Part shown: positions 24,401 through 36,009 of the stretch, piece after piece
How the letters are laid out: every line of letters starts with the position of its first letter
Numbering within the stretch: the first letter of the stretch is position 1
Source: Mobula birostris
Lineage: Eukaryota
Direction: 5' to 3'
NCBI RefSeq assembly: GCF_030028105.1
Contig: NW_027274405.1
Coordinates: forward strand, 1 to 64,000
Length of the DNA: 64,000 nucleotides
Position numbers and translations under genes: made by a program
Notes under the pieces: model-generated
Told to the model about the DNA's origin: nothing
Databases searched by the model: none
The model's input: only the letters and a program-made list of their open reading frames with translations

Positions 24401-27400
24401 GAGAAAGCCTGTGGTGTGTTTACCTTCATTACCGGGGGATTGAGTTGAAGAGCTGCAAAGTAGCGTCGCAGCTCTATAAAACCCTGGTCAGACCACACCT
24501 GGGTTATTGTGTTCAGATATGGTTGCCTCATTATTGGAAGGATATGGAAACTTTAGAGAGGGTGCAGAGGAGATTTATCAGGGTGCTGCCTTGATTAGAA
24601 AGTGTGTCTTACGAGGATGGATTGAGTGAGCTGGTGCTTTTCTCTTTGGAGTGAAGGAGGGTGAGAGATGACTTGATAGAGGCGTACAAGATGATAAGCG
24701 GCATAGGTCAAGTGGACAGCCAGAGACTTTTTCCCAGGGTGGAAAGGGCTAATACAAGGGGGCATAATTTTAAGGTGACTGGACACATTCAGGTTATAGG
24801 GAGGATATCAAGTAGTTTTTTTTTACTTAGAGAGTGGTGGGTGTGTGGAACACATTGCCAGGGTGGTGGTAGAGGCAGATACATTAGGGACATTAAAGAG
24901 GCTCTTGGGCACATGGATGATAGAAAAATGGAGGATTATGTGGAAGGGAAGGGTTAGATTGATCTTGGAGAAGGTTAAACTTTGTGGGTTGAAGGGCCTG
25001 TGCATTTTGTTCTATGTCACAACCGAAATGGGATGGGATGGACAGTGGGACGTTGTTGGCATCTCCATAAATACAAAGTTTTGCTGAGTATCTCAGTTCT
25101 CAGGATACATTCTTCATGTCGATTCTAATTTCACTCCGGTTTGATTTCCTGAAGTGCTAATTCAAAGCTTACAGATGTTAAGCAGGTCTACAGCTGCAGT
25201 GTTGCTACCTTGGCGAGCTCCTCCCCTCCAATCACCCTCTTCCTGCTTTAGTTTGGCCCAGAAAGCAGCGTAGCAAGTCGCAGACTTACAAGAGATTCTG
25301 CAGATGCAGGAAATCCAGAGCAAAACACACAGAAAATGCTGGAGGAACTCAGCAGGTCAGGCAGCATCTATGGAGGGCAATAAACAGTCAGCGTTTCAGG
25401 CCAAGACCCTTCATCAGATCAGGGCTGGAAAGAAAGTTGGTCAAAGCCAGAATAAGAAGATGGAGGGGCAGGGGTCAAGCTGACAGGTGAAAGGTGAGAT
25501 CAGGTGAAGGGGAAGGTGGGTGGGTAGGGAAGAGGGATGAAGTGAGAAATTGGGTGGTGGTTGGTGGAAAAGGTAAAGGTCTGAAGGAGCAGGGTTCTGA
25601 TTGGAGAGGAGAGTAGACCATGGGAGAAAGGCAAGGGGGAGAGGCACCAGAGGGAGTTGATGGGGAGGTGGGCTGAAGAGAAGGAGTGAGAAGGGAACCA
25701 GAATGGGGAATGGAAGAGAGAAGGGGAGCGGAGAAAGGGTTTTGTGAAAACATCAATTCTGCAGCCCTTGCTACTGTTCTCAGATCCCTCAGGTTAAACC
25801 CCCCTCCCCCCCCGATTCTCAGACTCCTCAGATAAACCCCCCCTCCCCCCAGGTCTCTGGTCATCTCTCCTAAACAAAAGCATGCAAAACTTTTCTGGTT
25901 TTTGATTGTTCAGCCTTCCATTTGGACCATAGGAACAGATTTGGCCATTCAGCCCATCGAGTGTGTTCTGTCATTCCATCATGGCTGATTTATCTTCCCT
26001 CTCAATCCCATTCTCCTGCCATCTGCCTGTAACTTTTGACACCCTGACTAATCAAGAACCTTTAAACCTCCACTTTAAATATACCCAATGACTTGGCTTC
26101 CAGAGCCACCTAAGGCAATGAATTCCACAAATTCACCAGCCTTTAGTCAAAGAAATTCTTCCTCATCTCTGATCTCGCCACTGTTCTGAACCAGTGCCCT
26201 CTGGTCCTAGACTGCCCCACTGTAGGAAACATCCTCTCCGCATACTTTATCTAGGCTTTTCAATATTCAATGAGAGCCCCCATCATTGTTCTAAATGCCA
26301 CGAGTCCAGAGTCTGTACGTTCACGTGTCTCAGTCGTATCCACCTCCTGCACCACCCCAGACAGCACTCGCCAGGCACCCACCACTCATCAGGCACACCT
26401 CCATCGAAATTACCCCCTTACCTTGAATACAGGCCCTCTAGTGTTGCACATACCACCCTGGGAATGTACTCTCTCTGCGTCTCTCGTAATCTTGTAAACC
26501 TCAATCAGATCTCCCCTCAGCCTCTGTCCAGTTTGTCCCACCTCCCCTTCCAGCTCAGGCCCTCAAACCCAGGCAGCGTCCTGGTGAACCTCTTCTGCAC
26601 CCTCTCCAAAGCCCCCACACCCTCTCCAAAGCTCCCACACCCTCTCTGAATCCCCACACCCTCTCCAAAGCCCCCACACCCTTTCCAAAGCCCCCACACC
26701 CTTGGCAAAGCCCCCACACGCTCTCCTAATCCCCCATACCCTTCCTGTCGTGGGGCACCCAGAACTAAATGTAATACCCAGATGCAGCCGGTCCAGAGGT
26801 TTATGAAGCTGCAACATAACATAACTCTTGAACTCAGTGCCGCGTCTGATAAAGGCAAACCTGCCGTTCGCCTCCCTTACCACCCTGTCAGCCTGTGTGG
26901 TCACCTTCAGGGAGCTGTGGACAGGGACCCCAGGATCCCTCGGTACGTCAACACAGTTAAAGGTCCTGCCGTTAACTCTGCCCTGTCCCTTTACATTTGA
27001 CTCCCTCCCTCCATCCACTAAAGGGGGGAGGAAGCAGACATGGAGGGGGAAAGGTGGGTGGGGGAGGGAGGAAGTGGAAGGGGGGTTTGGGGAGGAGGAA
27101 AGGAAGGAAGGGAGAGTGAAGATGGAAAGAAGGTGGGAGGGGAGAGGAAGGGAAAAGGAGGGTGGGGGAGTGAGGGGAGGGAGATGGAGGGAAGAGGAGG
27201 ATGAAGGGGCAGTGCGGTATCTGATCTCAACACCTCAACCCTAAGGTAACTGAGGTTATGGTGAAGGGGATCTGATATTCCCCCAGCTCCCTCTGCAGAC
27301 AGGCCTGTGGGAGGGGATGGGCATCTGATCTCCCCCCTCCCTCAACAGCAGAAGGGAGTGGAGGCAGGTCTGTGAGAGGGAGGGAGAGATAAGGAGGAAG

Positions 27401-28242
27401 TGAGATGTCTGATCTCCACACCTCCACCTGCAGGTACCTGAAGCAGAGGGGGCTGGAGACAGGCCGTGGGCCACCCCAGTTCCCGGATCCATACGGTGTG
27501 CAGGAGAGGGACCAGGAATACCGGAGATTCAGCCTGGAGAACTGGGCTGGCCGCAGTGGACACGATGCCCCGATGATTGCCTACGAGGCCCTGTTGGGAG
27601 CAGCAAGCTCCTGGGAGCAACTCTGTGGATGGGGCATGTTCCATGGAGGTAGGGAGGGGCGAGTAAGGGGGCAGAGGGACAGGGAGGGAGAGGGGGAGTA
27701 AATAGGGGATGAACTAAGAGGGGAGAGGGCACCTGCTGGGAGGAGGTGGCTGGGGCATGCAGCGTGGGATCTTGCTGTGCCTACATGAACCATAATTTTT
27801 TAACTGATGGTATCACTCACCCCACCCTATCACCCTCCACCCCATCTTCCACGATCCCCACCCCCTCTTTCCTATGATCCCCACCCCTTCTTTCCCACGA
27901 CCCCACCCCCCTCTCCCAACACCCCCATCCCCTCTCTCACCAACCACACCCCCTCTCTCCAACCCCCACACCCTCTGTCTAAACAATTCACCTCCTTCTC
28001 TAAACCCCTCATACCCCTCTCTCTAAACCCTCCCACTCTGTCTCTCTCTAACTCCCTGCTCTCTCTCTCTCCCCGCAGGTGACAGTGACTCGACGGGGGT
28101 GATTGCGGGCTGCTGGTGGGGGCTACTCCACGGGCTGTCCGGGGTTCCTGCCGGCAATTACCAGTTCCTCGAGTACAGGGAGCGTCTGCTGACTGCGGCT
28201 GATCAGCTGCACCAAGAGGCCTGGGGCAGGGACACCGAGTGA
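6419..28242 (+). CDS. ADPRH: ADP-ribosylarginine hydrolase (ARH1), complete model, 361 aa; join(6419..6435,6947..7167,16113..16211,18859..18964,19338..19417,21179..21362,27434..27648,28079..28242)
   Basis: Eight GT-AG exons total 1086 nt in one frame. Motifs [40 protein letters not shown] and GGDSDST are present. The Mg-binding SDD and DSDS motifs are intact, unlike the ARH2/ADPRHL1 pseudoenzyme. Confidence 0.9.
6784..6916. repeat. 14-bp tandem repeat (TGCCCTGAATCTCA), ~9 copies
   Basis: Visible periodicity, ending ~30 nt before the ADPRH exon 2 acceptor. Confidence 0.9.
6947..7167 (+). CDS. ADPRH: ADPRH coding exon 2
   Basis: ccAG|[41 protein letters not shown]|GTCAGT. Confidence 0.93.
7177..8728 (+). 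repeat. 52-bp minisatellite array (~30 units)
   Basis: Unit GAGTGTGTGATGGGACGGTGTGGAGGGAGATTCACTCTGTGTCTGACCCCGG. Confidence 0.97.
8985..9485 (+). mobile_element. HERO-like (RLE-type) non-LTR retrotransposon 3' fragment
   Basis: Reads [51 protein letters not shown], a decayed restriction-like endonuclease C-terminus, then a 3'UTR. Confidence 0.7.
10980..11266 (+). mobile_element. Penelope-like element fragment with terminal repeat
   Basis: [14 protein letters not shown]..[11 protein letters not shown] remnant, followed by the terminal motif CCTGACGAAGGGTCTCGGCCTGAAACGTC..GATGCTGCCTGGCCTGCTG. Confidence 0.7.
11166..11203 (+). ncRNA. Minimal hammerhead ribozyme motif (Penelope-associated)
   Basis: Stem I UAGUC/GGCUG flanks the CUGACGA core, a short stem II (AGG..CCU), GAAA and the C-GUC cleavage site. 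Confidence 0.6.
11376..11670 (+). mobile_element. Young CR1 3' fragment, nested in an older antisense CR1
   Basis: Near-identical to 23965-24257; ends in TTTCTATGTTTCTA. Confidence 0.85.
12106..12480. repeat. 30-bp minisatellite (~12.5 units)
   Basis: GGGTCAGGGTCAGATAGAACAC(GTCCATCG/ATCCACCC). Confidence 0.96.
12618..13410 (-). mobile_element. CR1 LINE 3' half
   Basis: ORF 12841-13401 contains [12 protein letters not shown] and [14 protein letters not shown]; TCTTATG-type tail. Confidence 0.85.
13480..14250 (-). mobile_element. Rex1/Babar LINE RT fragment
   Basis: [16 protein letters not shown], HLQLNISxTKEM, [22 protein letters not shown]. Confidence 0.8.
14373..16106 (+). repeat. 52-bp minisatellite array (~33 units), same family
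   Basis: Same unit and orientation as 7177-8728; runs into the exon 3 acceptor. Confidence 0.97.
16113..16211 (+). CDS. ADPRH: ADPRH coding exon 3
   Basis: cacAG|[30 protein letters not shown]|GTGAGA. Confidence 0.92.
16275..16674 (+). mobile_element. CR1 LINE (host), 5' segment
   Basis: [34 protein letters not shown]; continues at 18391. Confidence 0.88.
16675..18390 (+). mobile_element. 5'-truncated young CR1 LINE with a 487-aa open RT ORF (16851-18314)
   Basis: [38 protein letters not shown]; 3' tail TTCTATGGTTCTATGGTT. Confidence 0.93.
18391..18716 (+). mobile_element. CR1 LINE (host), 3' segment
   Basis: Resumes [24 protein letters not shown]; 3'UTR ending TTGTCTATTGTC. Confidence 0.85.
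18859..18964 (+). CDS. ADPRH: ADPRH coding exon 4
   Basis: cgcAG|[28 protein letters not shown]|GTCAGC. Confidence 0.92.
19338..19417 (+). CDS. ADPRH: ADPRH coding exon 5
   Basis: ccAG|[22 protein letters not shown]|GTCCGT. Confidence 0.9.
20465..20643 (-). mobile_element. Young CR1 3' end, antisense, with an 11-bp TSD
   Basis: About 6 mismatches to 24080-24257; CAATGAGGTCA at 20454 and 20653. Confidence 0.85.
21179..21362 (+). CDS. ADPRH: ADPRH coding exon 6
   Basis: ccAG|[32 protein letters not shown]|GTGAGT. Confidence 0.92.
21880..24257 (+). mobile_element. 5'-truncated CR1 LINE, ORF2 pseudogenised by a few stops and frameshifts
   Basis: EN C-terminal LGKSDH, then RT motifs [26 protein letters not shown] and FADDTK; tail CTATTTTCTATGTTTCT. 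Confidence 0.93.
24260..25015 (+). mobile_element. Older CR1 3' fragment
   Basis: Decayed [14 protein letters not shown] and RxxRxDLIExYK. Confidence 0.7.
25288..25745 (-). mobile_element. Penelope-like terminal fragment with a decayed hammerhead (25385-25417)
   Basis: ATGCTGGAGGAACTCAGCAGGTCAGGCAGCATCTATGG..CAGTCAGCGTTTCAGGCCAAGACCCTTCATCAG. Confidence 0.7.
27434..27648 (+). CDS. ADPRH: ADPRH coding exon 7
   Basis: tgcAG|[28 protein letters not shown]|GTAGGG. Confidence 0.93.
28079..28242 (+). CDS. ADPRH: ADPRH terminal coding exon
   Basis: cgcAG|[39 protein letters not shown] at 28240-28242. Confidence 0.93.
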
Positions 28243-28457
28243 CGGGTGGGGGGTGGTGGTGGTGCAAGGATGAAAGGATTATCAGGGACGACATGGGGAG
28301 GGGAGAAGAGTTGGGGGGGGGAGTGGTAAGGGGAAGAGAGGAAGAGGGAGAAGCGGGAGGAGGAAGGGTGTGAAGTGTAAGAGGGGCAGAGAAAGGGGCT
28401 GCGGGGGGAGGGCGGAAAACCTCAGTCCGGAAATTCACTGGAATCACAATCCTGATC

Positions 28458-28463
28458 AATAAA
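28458..28463 (+). terminator. ADPRH polyadenylation signal AATAAA
   Basis: AATAAA ~215 nt downstream of the stop codon. Confidence 0.65.
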
Positions 28464-28924
28464 GCAGCTGAGGAGAACTGGTCTGAGTGTCAGATGGGTT
28501 AGGAGGGGGCAAAGGGGCTGAGCGGCGCAACAGAAGGAAATTCCGGGTTCCCACCCCACTTCCCCTTCCCGTCACCGTTCCATCCGCATCACCCCCTCCC
28601 CTTCTCTCGGAGCCAATAACCACAATAGAATCATAAAGTCTACTCCCTCCTCGTCACCGGGACAGCCTCTCTCCCCGACCCCCCCCACCTTTCCTCACTA
28701 CACCAGACCCCCTCTGTTACCTCCTCCCCCCTCATCTCCGGGATACCCTCTCTCCCCGACCCCCCCTTCCCTCACTACACCAGACCCCCTCTGTTACCTC
28801 CTCCCCCATCATCTCCGGGATACCCTCTCTCCCGACCCCCCCCCCTTCCCTCACTACACCAGACCCCCTCTGTTACCTCCTCCCCCCTCATCTCCGGGAT
28901 ACCCCTCCCTCTTTCTCTGAGGGG

Positions 28925-29250
28925 ACGTGCCCACTGCGCCGGCTGCAGAGCGAAACTGTGATTGGCTTACGCGGCTGACGGACGTGCCCCATCTCCAATG
29001 GGGACGCCGGGCCTTGCCGTCACGTGTGCGGGAGCTGTCCGGCCAGTCGGGTGCTGAAGCTGCGGACGGACGTGGGGCGGAAGCGGGAGCGGGAGCGACG
29101 CAACGGGCAGCCGGGTCCCGGGTCCCGGCCCTCGGCAGCGCCGCCAGAGCAGCCACCGGCCATCCCCCCCTCCCCCGCCCGCCCGCCCGCCAAACCCTCC
29201 ACCGAGACGGGTTGCGGAGATGGCGGGAGCGGCGCTTTTCTGCGTGGCAG
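28925..29250 (+). promoter_or_regulatory. CpG-island promoter plus first exon of an unidentified gene
   Basis: ATTGG 28961, CTGACG 28975, CCAAT 28995, GTCACGTG 29019, GGGGCGGAAG 29074; ends at strong donor CAG|GTAAGG (29250/29251). Possible ATG at 29220 (MAGAALFCVA). Confidence 0.65.
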
Positions 29251-29284
29251 GTAAGGAGGGAGGGAGAGCGGGTGATATATTCAT

Positions 29285-29770
29285 CCACCATTACGGGTAA
29301 AGCCTTCCTCGCCATTCAGCACATCTGCACGGAGCGCTGTCGCAGGAAAGCATCCATCATCAGGGACCCCCACCACCCAGGACGTGCTCTCTCCTCGCTG
29401 CTGCCATCGGGAAGGAGGTCCAGGACCCTCCGGACCCACACCACCGGGTTCGGGAACAGTTACTACCCCTCAACCATCAGACTCCTGAACCAGAGGGGAT
29501 AACTTCTTCACTCACTCCACCACTGACCTGCTCCCACAACGTATGGACTCACTTTAAGGACTCATCTCATGTTCTCAATGTTTATTGTTTATATATTATT
29601 TCTGTATTTGCAGTTTGTTGTCTTTTGCACACCGGTTGTCCGCCCTCTTGATGCGGTCTCTCATTGATTCTATTATGATTATTGGATTTATTGAGAATGC
29701 CCGAAAGAAAATGAATCTCGGGGTTGTATATGGTGACATTTCTGTACGCAATAATACATTTACTTTGAAC
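29285..29770 (+). mobile_element. Rex1/Babar-type LINE 3' fragment
   Basis: RCRRKASIIRDPHHPGxALxSLLPSGRR..SYYPSTIRLLN; tail ACTTTGAACTTTGA. Confidence 0.75.
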
Positions 29771-30255
29771 TTTGATTCGAGGAGGGGATGGGAGGGGGAA
29801 GTGGTGAGATAGAGGGGAGGGGGCAGAGAGGGAGAAAGGGGAGAGAGGTGCGAGCAATAGTGGGGGAGAGAGGGAAAGGGAAGGGAGATGAAGAAGGGGC
29901 ATATGGAGATATGGGTGAGAGGGGAGTTGGAGAGAGGGTAAAGATGAATGACAAATGGAGATAAGGGAGGGCAAGGATGGAGGGAGAGGGACATTAGTAG
30001 GAGGGAGAGGAGAAGGAGATGTGGGGGAGAGTGTGAGTCAGAAGGCAGGGTGTAGGGGAAGGAGGGCTGTGAGGGGGAAGGAGAGCAAATGTGAGGGATG
30101 TGTGAGAAATGAGGGGATTGAGGGAGGAGGGAGGGAAACAGTTGAGAGGCAGGCAGAAGTAACAGCAGAACGGGAGAGTTTGGATGGAGGAATGGAAGGA
30201 AAGTGAGGAGATTTCTACATTGTCTATCAGTCCCGTTCTCTTAGTTGGAGATAGT

Positions 30256-31246
30256 TACACTGACCGGTGTCTCTCAGTCCCTCTCTCTCAGGCGGAGATC
30301 TGTACACTGACCGGTGTCTCTCAGTCCCTCTCTCTCAGGGGGAGATCTGTACACTGACCAATGTCCCTCAGTCACTCGCTCTCTCATCCCTTTGTCCCAT
30401 TCTCTCTCTTGTCTGTCAGTCCCCTTCTCTCTCTAATCCCTCAGTCCCTCTCTTGTCCCCCAGTCCTGCTCTCAGGGGAAGATCTGTACACTGACCAGTG
30501 TTTCTCAGTCCCTTTCTCCCTGGGCGAGATCTGTACACAGACCACAGTCCCTCTCTCCCGAGGGGAGACATGTACACTGACCAGTGTCCCTCAGTCTCTC
30601 TTTCTCTTGTCCCTCAGTCTCCCTTTCTCTTGTCCCTCAGTCTCCCTCTTTCTCTTCCCTCAGTCTCTCTCTCTCAGGGGGAGATCTGTATACTGACCAG
30701 TGTCTCTCAGGGGGAGATCTGTACACTGACCGGTGTCTCTCAATCCCTCTTTCTCAGGGGAAGATCTGTATACTGACCGGTGTCTCTCAGGGGAGATCTG
30801 TACACTGACCGGTGTCTCTCAGTCCCTCTCTCTCAGGGGGAGATCTGTACACTGACTGGTGTCTCTGAGTCCCTCTCTCTCAGGGGGAGATCTGTACACT
30901 GACCGGTGTCTCTCAGTCCCTCTTTCTCAGGGGGAGATCTGTACACTGACCGGTGTCTCTCAATCCCTCTTTCTCAGGGGAAGATCTGTACACTGACCGG
31001 TGTCTCTCAGTCTCTCTCTCTCAGGGGGAGATCTGTACACTGACCGGTGTCTCTCAGTTCCTCTCTCTCAGGGGGAGATCTGTACATTGACCGGTGTCTC
31101 TCAGTCCCTCTCTCTCAGGGGGAGATCTGTACACTGACCGGTGTCTCTCAGTTCCTCTCTCTCAGGGGGAGATCTGTACATTGACCGGTGTCTCTCAGTC
31201 CCTCTCTCTCAGGGGGAGATCTGTACACTGACCGGTGTCTCTCAGT
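30256..31246 (+). repeat. 47-bp minisatellite array
   Basis: Unit CTGTACACTGACCGGTGTCTCTCAGTCCCTCTCTCTCAGGGGGAGAT; 5' part degenerate. Confidence 0.93.
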
Positions 31247-32089
31247 CATGTACCTGTCCAAGTGCCTCTTAAATGATTCTATTATACTTGACTCATCCTT
31301 TTCCTCTGGCAACTCATTTCATAGGCCCTCTGTGTGGGAAAAACTGCCCTTCAATTCTGTTATGAACCTCTCTTCTCTCATCCTAAACCTATGCCATCTA
31401 ATTTTGACTCCACTACCCTGGGGAAAAGACTGTCACCATCCACCTTATCCAAGACTCTCAGCACAACGCTCTGTGCCAGCGACCCGGGGTTCAGTGTCCG
31501 TGAGGAATTTGCACATTCTCCCCGTGACCTGTGGGTTTCTTTCAGGCGCTCGTTTCCTCGCACACTCCAAAGACGTACTGGTTTGCAGGTTTACCGGGGT
31601 TGCTGGGTGGCACCAGCTCAGTACCTATTCCACACTTTATCTCAATAAATAAATAATTTTTAACATTTTTATGTGGTCATTTCTCATTCTCCTGCATTCC
31701 AGGGTATAAAGTCTTAGCGTGGCCAACCTCCCTGTAATCCTAGCAACTTCCTCATAAATTTCCTCGGTACTCTTTCCAGTTTAAACATATCTTTAACATA
31801 GCAAGGTGAGTGACCAGAACTGAACACAATACTCCAAGTACGGTCTGACCAACAACTTGTACAACTGTAACACGTGACCTGATTCCTGTACTCAGTGCCC
31901 TGACTGATGAAGGCTAGTGTGCTAAACATCTTTTTTTAACCATCTCCACTTGTACTCCCAGATCCCTCTGTTCCATAACACCCCCTCATGCCCCACTATT
32001 CATAGTGCAAGTCCTATGCTTTCTTGAATGCATCACCTCACACTTCTCTGTATTGATTTTCAAAAGACCACCTCCTAATTTGCAAAAGA

Positions 32090-34075
32090 CCATAAGATAA
32101 AGGAGCAGAATTAGGCCATTCGGCCCATCGAGCCTGCTCTGTCATTTCATCATGGCTGATCCATTTCACTCTCAGCCCTAGACTCTTGCCTCCTCCCTGT
32201 AACTGTTTGTGCCCTGACCAGTCAAGAATCTACCAAACTCTGGTTTATGTATACCCAATGATTCGGCCTCCACAGCTGCCTGTGGCAAAGAATTCCACAG
32301 ATTCACCACTCTGGCTGAAGAAATTCCTCCTCATCTCCATCCTAGATGGACATCCATCGATTCTAAAGCTGGAATCTTATACTTTCCCACCATAAGAAAC
32401 ATCCTCGCCACATCCACCCTATTGAGGTCTTTCACCATTCAATAGGTTTCAATGAGACCTTCCCTCATTCTTCTGAATTCCAGAGAGTACAGCCCAGAGT
32501 CATCAAGCCTCCTGGTATGACAAGCCTTTCAATCCTGAATCATTTTTGTGAACCTCCATTTGACCTTCTCCAATGTCAGCATATCCTTTCTTAAATAAGG
32601 GGCTTAAAATTGTTCACAACGAGGCCTCATCAGGGCTTTATAAAGCCTTAACAATACATTCTTGCTTTTATACTCCAAGTCCTCTTGAAATGAATGCTAA
32701 CATTGTATTTGCCTTCCTCACCACAGACTCAACCTGCAAATTAACCTTTAGAGAATCCTGCACAAGGACTCCCAAGTCCCTTTGTGTATCAGTTTTTAAA
32801 AAGATTCTCTTCATTTAGAAAATACTCTATTCTTTTATTTCAGAATCAGAATCAGGTTTATTATCACTGGCCTGTGTTATGAAATTTGTTAACTTAGCAG
32901 CAGCAGTTCAATGCAATATGTAATATAGAAGAAGAAAAGTAAATAAATCAATCACAGTATACAAAGCACATGACCACACACTTCCTGTATTCCATCTGCC
33001 ATTTCTTTGTTCATTCTCCTAATCTGTCTAAGTCCTTCTGTAGCCTCTTGGCTTCCTCAACACCACTCGCTCCTCCACCTACGTTTGTATCATCTGCAAA
33101 TTCGGTCATCCAGATGTATTTTGTGTCATCTATCAACTTTGTGTTTCTTATACCCACCTGTTTTTCAGGCTTTGTGCATTTCCATCCAAATAATTTCTAA
33201 AAACAACAGATAACCAGGGTCTCAACACCAACCCTTGTGGCACAACACTAATCATTAGCCATTCGGAGAAACTACTTTCAGCCAGCACCCTCTGAGCCAA
33301 TCTGAACCCACTTAACCATCCCTTCCCCGATTCCATGGGATCTAACCTTCCAGACCAGCATCCCATGCAGGACCATGTCAAAGTCCTAATAGACAATATC
33401 CACTGCCCTATCCTCATAATCCTTTACAGGTACTTCAAAACACTCTAAAAGATTTGTCAAACATGACTTTGCACACAAAACCACGCTCACTCCTCCTGTC
33501 AGACTGTCTATCTATATACTGGTAGATCCTGTGCCTCAGAATCCGTCCAGAAACATCCCAGCCACTGATGATAGGCTGACCTGGCCTGCAACTCCCTGGC
33601 TTGTCCTTGCTACAATGAAACAACGTTCCCTCCCTCCGAAACAACATTCCAGTCTTTGGAACTTCATCGGGGCTATTGATGAGGCAAATATCTCCACGAG
33701 GGCCTCCACTATTTCTTCTCAAGCTTCCCACACAGTCTGAAGGTGCACACAGCCAGGCCCTCAGGATGTATCCTCCTTGATGTGCTGTCAGTTTGCAAAT
33801 ACCTTCTCCCTTATAACATGAATATCCTCCAAAATATCTCCACTTGTCGTCTTTATCTCTTGAGCAACCATGATAAGCTCCTTGATAAAGGCTAAGGAGA
33901 AAAAATTTGTTAACATTTCCACACAACTCCTGTGGATCCAGACATAGGTGGCCCTGCTCTACCCTTTTATTCTTAATATACCTGTAGAACCTCTCAGAAT
34001 TTTCCTTGACCTTATTTGCCAGATCCATCTCATACTCTCTTTGCCCTCCTGATTTTCCACTTACGAATAGTCTTA
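32090..34075 (-). mobile_element. Degenerate antisense CR1 fragments
   Basis: Decayed RT motifs (PQG.VL.P, FYRYIKNKR) and a CR1-type 3' tail at 32090. Confidence 0.65.
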
Positions 34076-35833
34076 TTCTTTCTACAGTTATAAAGAGATT
34101 CACTTTATGCCCACCTCCTAGACCCAATGTCGTCTTCTTGGGCCCTTGGGTCCCAGTGGAGAGTAGGCCATTGATGACCTCCCATCTCCATTGTCCAAAG
34201 TCGATGATATGGTTGGAGTTTGTCAATGTTTCTGTAACCCATTGCATCCACGGTACAGGGGATTGGCCCGTACATCTTCACCAGAGCCCTGTTGGCCAGT
34301 CTCACTCATTTCCACCTCTCACGATGGGGACTTGGGTTGGACTTTGAGAGGCCTAGACTCAATGTATGCTTCATTTTTCTTGACCTGAGCCTCAACATCT
34401 CTTGTCCTGTACACTTGCCAAGTTAACCTTACCCTAACAGGAACATGCTGTCTTTGAACTCCTGATACTACGCTCTTCAAGCCTCCCGTTTGCCATCCCT
34501 TCATCTGAAACTGGCTCACCCAACCAACCTCTGGTAGATCCTGCCCAATTCTCCCAAAATCAGCCTTGCTCTAGTTCCTCGTCCTTTTCCATCACTAAAT
34601 TAAAATTAACAGGACGATGGTCACCAGAGCTGAAGTGTTCCCTGGCTCGTTCGGTATCGCACCCTCCCCTGTAGGGCCCCTTTATATATGGACCTAGGGA
34701 ACTTTCCAGGACATTCCACAGATTCCACTCTGTTCAGGCGCTTAACACTCTGTGTGGCCCAGACAATACCAGGGAATGTAAATCTTCCACTAATTCAGTC
34801 CTATTATTCAACAGCTCAGTAGTTCCATTTCATATCAGAGAATGTGTACAATATACAACCTGACATTCTTCTTCCTCACAGACAAACAGGCAAACAGAAG
34901 AATGAGTGACAGTAAAAATGTTAGAACCCCAAAGCCCCCCCAAGATCCCACACACAAGCAGCAGCAAAGCTCTCCCTCTCCCCCACTTACTACAGCAAAA
35001 AGCATCAGCGCCCTTCACCAACCGAGCAAGGAGTAGCAGAGGCCCCCCCGCAGGAAAGACCACGATCTGCAGCACAACAAAAACTAACTGTTCACCCAAT
35101 TGTTTGATATACCACTCCCTCTCCCTCATAAGGGGATTACAACTATCAGTGACTTCTTTAAATTTATTATCAAAGTACATATATGTTGCCATATACAACC
35201 TTGATATTCATTTTCCTGCGGGCATTCACAGCAAATCTATAGCATATTAACTACAACAGGATCAGTGAAAGATCAACCAGAGTGCAGAAGACAACAAACT
35301 GTGCAAGTGCAAATGCAAATGGCAATAAATAGGGAGAACATGAAATAACAAGGTAAGAGATCATTGGTTGTGGGAATACCTCAATGGATGGGGCAAGAGA
35401 AGTTGAGTATATTTATCCCCCTTTGTTCAGGAGCCTGACGTTGAGGGCTAGTAACGGTCCTTGAACCTGGTGGTGTGAGTCCTGAGCCTCCTGTATGGTA
35501 GCGGCAGGAAGAGAGCACAAGTTCCCGCTGACTATTGGAGTTGGTCTGTTATTGTCACATGTACGGAGGTACAGTGAAAAACTTGTCTCACACACTGTGC
35601 ATAGAGATCAGATCGTTACACAGTGCATTGAGGCAGAACAAGCGAAAACAACAACAGAAAACAGAATAGAGTGTAGCGCAGGGAAAGGAAACAGTGCAAA
35701 GTCGGAGCAAGGTAGATGATGAGGGTCCGGAGTTCATTCATCAGACAAGAGATCAATGTAAGAGTCTGATAACGACGGGACAGAGACTGTTCTTGACCCT
35801 GGTGGTACGTGCTTTCATGCTTTTGTATCTTCT

Positions 35834-36009
35834 AATAAATGAGAGAAAATCTGCTGATGCTGGAAATCAAAGTAACTCACACAAAACGCTGGAGGAACCC
35901 AGCAGGCCAGGCAGCATCTATCGAAAAGAGTACACAGTTGATGCTTTGGGCCGAGACCCATGCTTGCTGGCCTGCTGAGTTCCTCCGGCATTTTGTGTGT
36001 GTTACTTTG
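35834..36009. mobile_element. Foldback Penelope-like mini-element
   Basis: 43-bp inverted arms 35868-35910 / 35967-36009; flanking direct repeat TTTGYATCTTCT. Confidence 0.7.

Noticed and set aside
6419-28242. Assignment as ADPRHL1 (ARH2) or ADPRS (ARH3)
   Set aside because: The intact SDDT and GDSDST motifs, plus THHHPTGYLG and SGHDAP, are ARH1-type.
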